Below are positions 61,028 to 64,000 of a stretch of 64,000 nt of DNA, piece after piece. The stretch covers positions 672,001 to 736,000 of the forward strand of contig CAVPJU010000006.1 of NCBI GenBank assembly GCA_963705505.1, read 5' to 3'. The notes under the pieces were generated by a model, which worked only from the letters and a program-made list of their open reading frames with translations, was not told where the DNA came from and did not search any database. Position 1 is the first letter of the stretch; every line of letters begins with the position of its first letter. Source of the stretch: an uncultured bacterium. GTDB lineage: Bacteria > Desulfobacterota_D > UBA1144 > Nemesobacterales > UBA2774. Made by a program: the position numbers and the translations under genes.

Positions 61028-61963
61028 TTATTTAACAGTGTACTCATATGTGTATTGTTTACCAGCCCTGGTAAAATCAATCGTGAAATTGCTCTGGGAT
61101 CTGAGTTCTTCAAACACACTGAGAGCCTTTTCCACATCATTCAATTCGACGTTGTTTATCCTATGGAGGGTGTCCCCGTTTTTTATTCCGATCTTCCAGA
61201 ATATGCTGTTCGACCTGATCCCGAAAAACCTGAGTCCGTCGCTTTGCGGTATTACCCGCGCCTGTTGTACAATATTCGTGGGATCACTGAGGACATCTTC
61301 CAATAACTCCCTGCTCACCTCATATTCATTATCTCCCACTTTATTTATGCCTCCGGCCTCGAGCGACCCCTCCGTACTTCCCGAGTCGAGACCCCTTGTT
61401 TGAGTCCTTCTGCCTAAAGCCGATTCAGGCGCTGCGGAAACTATTTCTCCCAAATTTTTACATTTAATCGTTTCGCGGCCGGTCTTTTGACGCTCTATGA
61501 CGGCCTTGCAGTTCATTACTTCTATGAGTTTTACATTCTCGGACTTGATTATGTCTACCAGCTCCCCGCTGCGGTAGCCGTTTACTTTATTATTATCCGG
61601 ATTCTTGATGATCGCTACTGAGGGTGCGTCGCGGTTTATGATCGTCCCCAGGAGCACTATGTTGAGCGTGGTGTCCGGCAACGCTTCCTGGCTTGTGCCG
61701 GTCGGCCCCGCGTCTGATAAATTTGTAATTCCGAAGATGTTTCTCGTAAGGATGATCTTGTAGTATGACGTCGGGTGTTTAGTGCTCGAATCCGGTTTGT
61801 CGCTTTTTTCGGAAGGCATGAATTTTTGTGATGCAGCCGCGCCGGGAGAGCTTATCATGCCTTCGATTTTTTGGTTTACGGCAACAGCTGTCAAGTAAGC
61901 GAGTCCCGTAAGCAGACATAAGTTAACAACCCAGACATATTTTTTTAAAATCGTGACAAGCAT
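61028..61963 (-). CDS. gspC: Type II secretion protein GspC with PDZ domain
   Basis: N-terminal TM, RNIFG, LLGTI..AII, ARVIP, KIGIKNGD..RINN. Confidence 0.88.
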   Translation of the reverse strand: MLVTILKKYVWVVNLCLLTGLAYLTAVAVNQKIEGMISSPGAAASQKFMPSEKSDKPDSSTKHPTSYYKIILTRNIFGITNLSDAGPTGTSQEALPDTTLNIVLLGTIINRDAPSVAIIKNPDNNKVNGYRSGELVDIIKSENVKLIEVMNCKAVIERQKTGRETIKCKNLGEIVSAAPESALGRRTQTRGLDSGSTEGSLEAGGINKVGDNEYEVSRELLEDVLSDPTNIVQQARVIPQSDGLRFFGIRSNSIFWKIGIKNGDTLHRINNVELNDVEKALSVFEELRSQSNFTIDFTRAGKQYTYEYTVK

Positions 61964-61991
61964 TTAAGTAGAATAGTTAATTTTACCTAAA

Positions 61992-62020
61992 AAAATAAAG
62001 TTTTTCACTTTATCTGTCAA
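61992..62020 (-). promoter_or_regulatory. Sigma70-type promoter of the gsp operon with internal palindrome
   Basis: TTGACA-17-TATTTT on the minus strand; ATAAAGT-N5-ACTTTAT at 61995-62013. Confidence 0.5.
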
Positions 62021-62257
62021 GCAAAACTTTATTCCATGCGGAATCGAACGAGAATCTGTTATAAATAGCCATCTCCCATTGCTGTATTGTTTTAGCTGTG
62101 ACGAACCTATCACAGCGGTTCTTTAAACCAGAATCATTGCTAGGGCATTTCGAGTTTTCAATAAACAATGGTAATGGGATGAATTCCCTGCCTCTTTATT
62201 ACACTTTACTTTTTCATTCGCCAAAAAGCAATTCCGGCATTCCAGCCGCTTTGTTTA

Positions 62258-63700
62258 TTAATTAACAGTTGAATCTTGCACGGTTCCCGCTCCGCAGCAT
62301 CCTACCAGTTCGGTAAGCAGGCTGTTCTGGAACTCCTTGGTTTTCCATCCGAGCCCGTTATCCAGAATAGAGAACACGAGCACATCGCCCTGCTTGGTGA
62401 AAACATATCCGGAGAGCGCTCTGACGTTGTTGAGATAGCCCGTTTTCGCCATTACCCTGCCCTGGACATCGGACTGTTTGAACCTTTTCTTCAGTGTTCC
62501 GTCCACACCTGCAATCGGAAGGGAGTCGACGAAGTCGGAGGCTATGACCCTGTTTGTATAAGCGTAGCTCAATACGTCTGTCAGAGTCCGGGGTGAAACA
62601 CGGTTAAGGAGCGAGAGACCCGATCCGTCCACTACCCTGAATCCGTCCTTTATGCCGATCCCGTTGAGAAATTCCGATATTACCAGGGAACCGTTTTCCC
62701 AGGACCCCGGGATACTTTTAAATTCGGCTCCGAGGGTCTTTATGAGATTTTCACCGATTATATTGACGCTGTTTTTGAGGTACTCGGTTATTATCGAGGA
62801 AAGGGGGTCCGAGTAATGCGTGTAAAACAGGGTGGCCCACTTGGGCACTTCGCCCGCTATTACGGGTCCGGTAACTTTTATACCCGCTTCCTCGAGGGCG
62901 TTTTTCAGGATATTTCCGGTGAGGAGTGTCGGGTTTTGGACCGGGATTTTCAAAATTACCGTCGCTTTGGATCTGATTTTTCCGCCTACCACGATTGTCT
63001 GGTCGTTACTCCAGGTCGTTGTAAGGACCCCCTGCTTTGAGCTCGTGACCGCGTTATTTATTATCGATATGTTCGAACCCTCCGGCAGGATTGTAACAGA
63101 CGGCTTCTGTCCCGAACCGGAAGAACTAACTTTTACCTCGATCGTATTGTAGTTAAAGGAAAGAGCGCTTATCGGCGGACTGTAAAAATCATCCGTCCAC
63201 TCTTGTTTCCATCCCACCGCCCGCCTTACCCTGCTGAAATAGGAGTCGTCTACGATTATTCCGTCTCTGATTTCCGCTATACCCCGCTTCTTCAACTCAT
63301 AGACGATGAACCCGAGGTGCGGCTCCCCGAGAGTCGGGTCTCCATAGCCCTTTACATAAAGGCCGCCGTGAAGGGTGCCTTTCGATACCCCGCCGCCGCT
63401 GTAGAATTCCGTTTTGAACCTGTAGTCTCTTTTCAGGAGGGAAAGCGCCGCAACCGATGTGATTATTTTTTCATTTGAAGCGGGGATAAAGAGACTCTGT
63501 GCGTTATACTCGAATAACGTTTCCCCCGAAGTGAGGGATTTGACTATTACGCCCAGCTTGCCGTTGTTCCTGGCTTCTTTAGGAACCAGGGTCGCGATTT
63601 TCGCTGAATATGTCGTAGTTGCGGAATTGGCTGATAATACGATCCGATCTGAAACAGCGACGAGAACGACCGCGAGAATAGGAACAAAATACCATTTCAT
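62258..63700 (-). CDS. dacB: D-alanyl-D-alanine carboxypeptidase/endopeptidase PBP4 (peptidase S13)
   Basis: PASNEK (SxxK), GYGDPTL, SVN (SxN), DGSGLS, AKTG. Confidence 0.93.
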   Translation of the reverse strand: MKWYFVPILAVVLVAVSDRIVLSANSATTTYSAKIATLVPKEARNNGKLGVIVKSLTSGETLFEYNAQSLFIPASNEKIITSVAALSLLKRDYRFKTEFYSGGGVSKGTLHGGLYVKGYGDPTLGEPHLGFIVYELKKRGIAEIRDGIIVDDSYFSRVRRAVGWKQEWTDDFYSPPISALSFNYNTIEVKVSSSGSGQKPSVTILPEGSNISIINNAVTSSKQGVLTTTWSNDQTIVVGGKIRSKATVILKIPVQNPTLLTGNILKNALEEAGIKVTGPVIAGEVPKWATLFYTHYSDPLSSIITEYLKNSVNIIGENLIKTLGAEFKSIPGSWENGSLVISEFLNGIGIKDGFRVVDGSGLSLLNRVSPRTLTDVLSYAYTNRVIASDFVDSLPIAGVDGTLKKRFKQSDVQGRVMAKTGYLNNVRALSGYVFTKQGDVLVFSILDNGLGWKTKEFQNSLLTELVGCCGAGTVQDSTVN

Positions 63701-64000
63701 AGTTGGAAAAATATTCTAACACCTCCGTGATTCAATGCAAAGTAATTATGAAATCTTATCGGAACTATTCCGATTAGTACAGTATATTTTCGATAGAATA
63801 AAAATTCAGGCGAAAGGTATTTCACTTTTATTGTTCCCATGAACGAATTAGAGGAACTTTACACTTATGCTATCATTTTCCATGTGCTGATGTGTAAACG
63901 ATCAGGGTGCATTGTTTAGAAAAATGGTGAGGGAATTGGTTTCAAAAAAGGCTTTTTTCTTTGATTTCGGAGATACTCTCGCATCTACGGATCCGCCTTA

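Noticed and set aside
1..64000. CRISPR arrays, tRNA/rRNA genes, transposases, integrases, prophage genes
   Set aside because: None recognised by eye or in the ORF track; short RNAs could be missed without covariance-model searches

Overview
Bacterial chromosomal window, about 50% GC by eye. Gene content suggests a diderm deltaproteobacteria-like lineage, possibly Desulfobacterota or Ca. Dadabacteria (inference only). It holds the 3' end of metG, a sigma54-preceded type IV minor pilin operon (pilV-pilW-pilX-pilY1-fimT/U), housekeeping and stress genes (cofE, cysE, ilvD, Rrf2-sufBCD-Rieske, sod, a sigma70 paralog, nrdJ with tandem NrdR boxes), a type II secretion cluster gspC-K ending in a RavA-like ATPase, and dacB. 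The most striking locus is a co-oriented three-gene cluster at 40038-45074: two paralogous SLOG-like plus 4-TM (tandem SLATT-like) proteins, one with degenerate motifs, followed by a receptor-like TIR-TM-2xDUF4189 protein. This is a candidate TIR-to-SLOG nucleotide-signalling or defence system with an extracytoplasmic sensor. Also seen: two matching 4x11-bp Pho-box-like promoter arrays, one before a PlcP-like phosphoesterase and one before a candidate sRNA; two gene remnants missed by the ORF track (a cupin and ypfJ); a LysM-bearing secretin; and several same-sign (+1) frameshifts that are probably sequencing errors. All family assignments come from motif recognition, not database searches.
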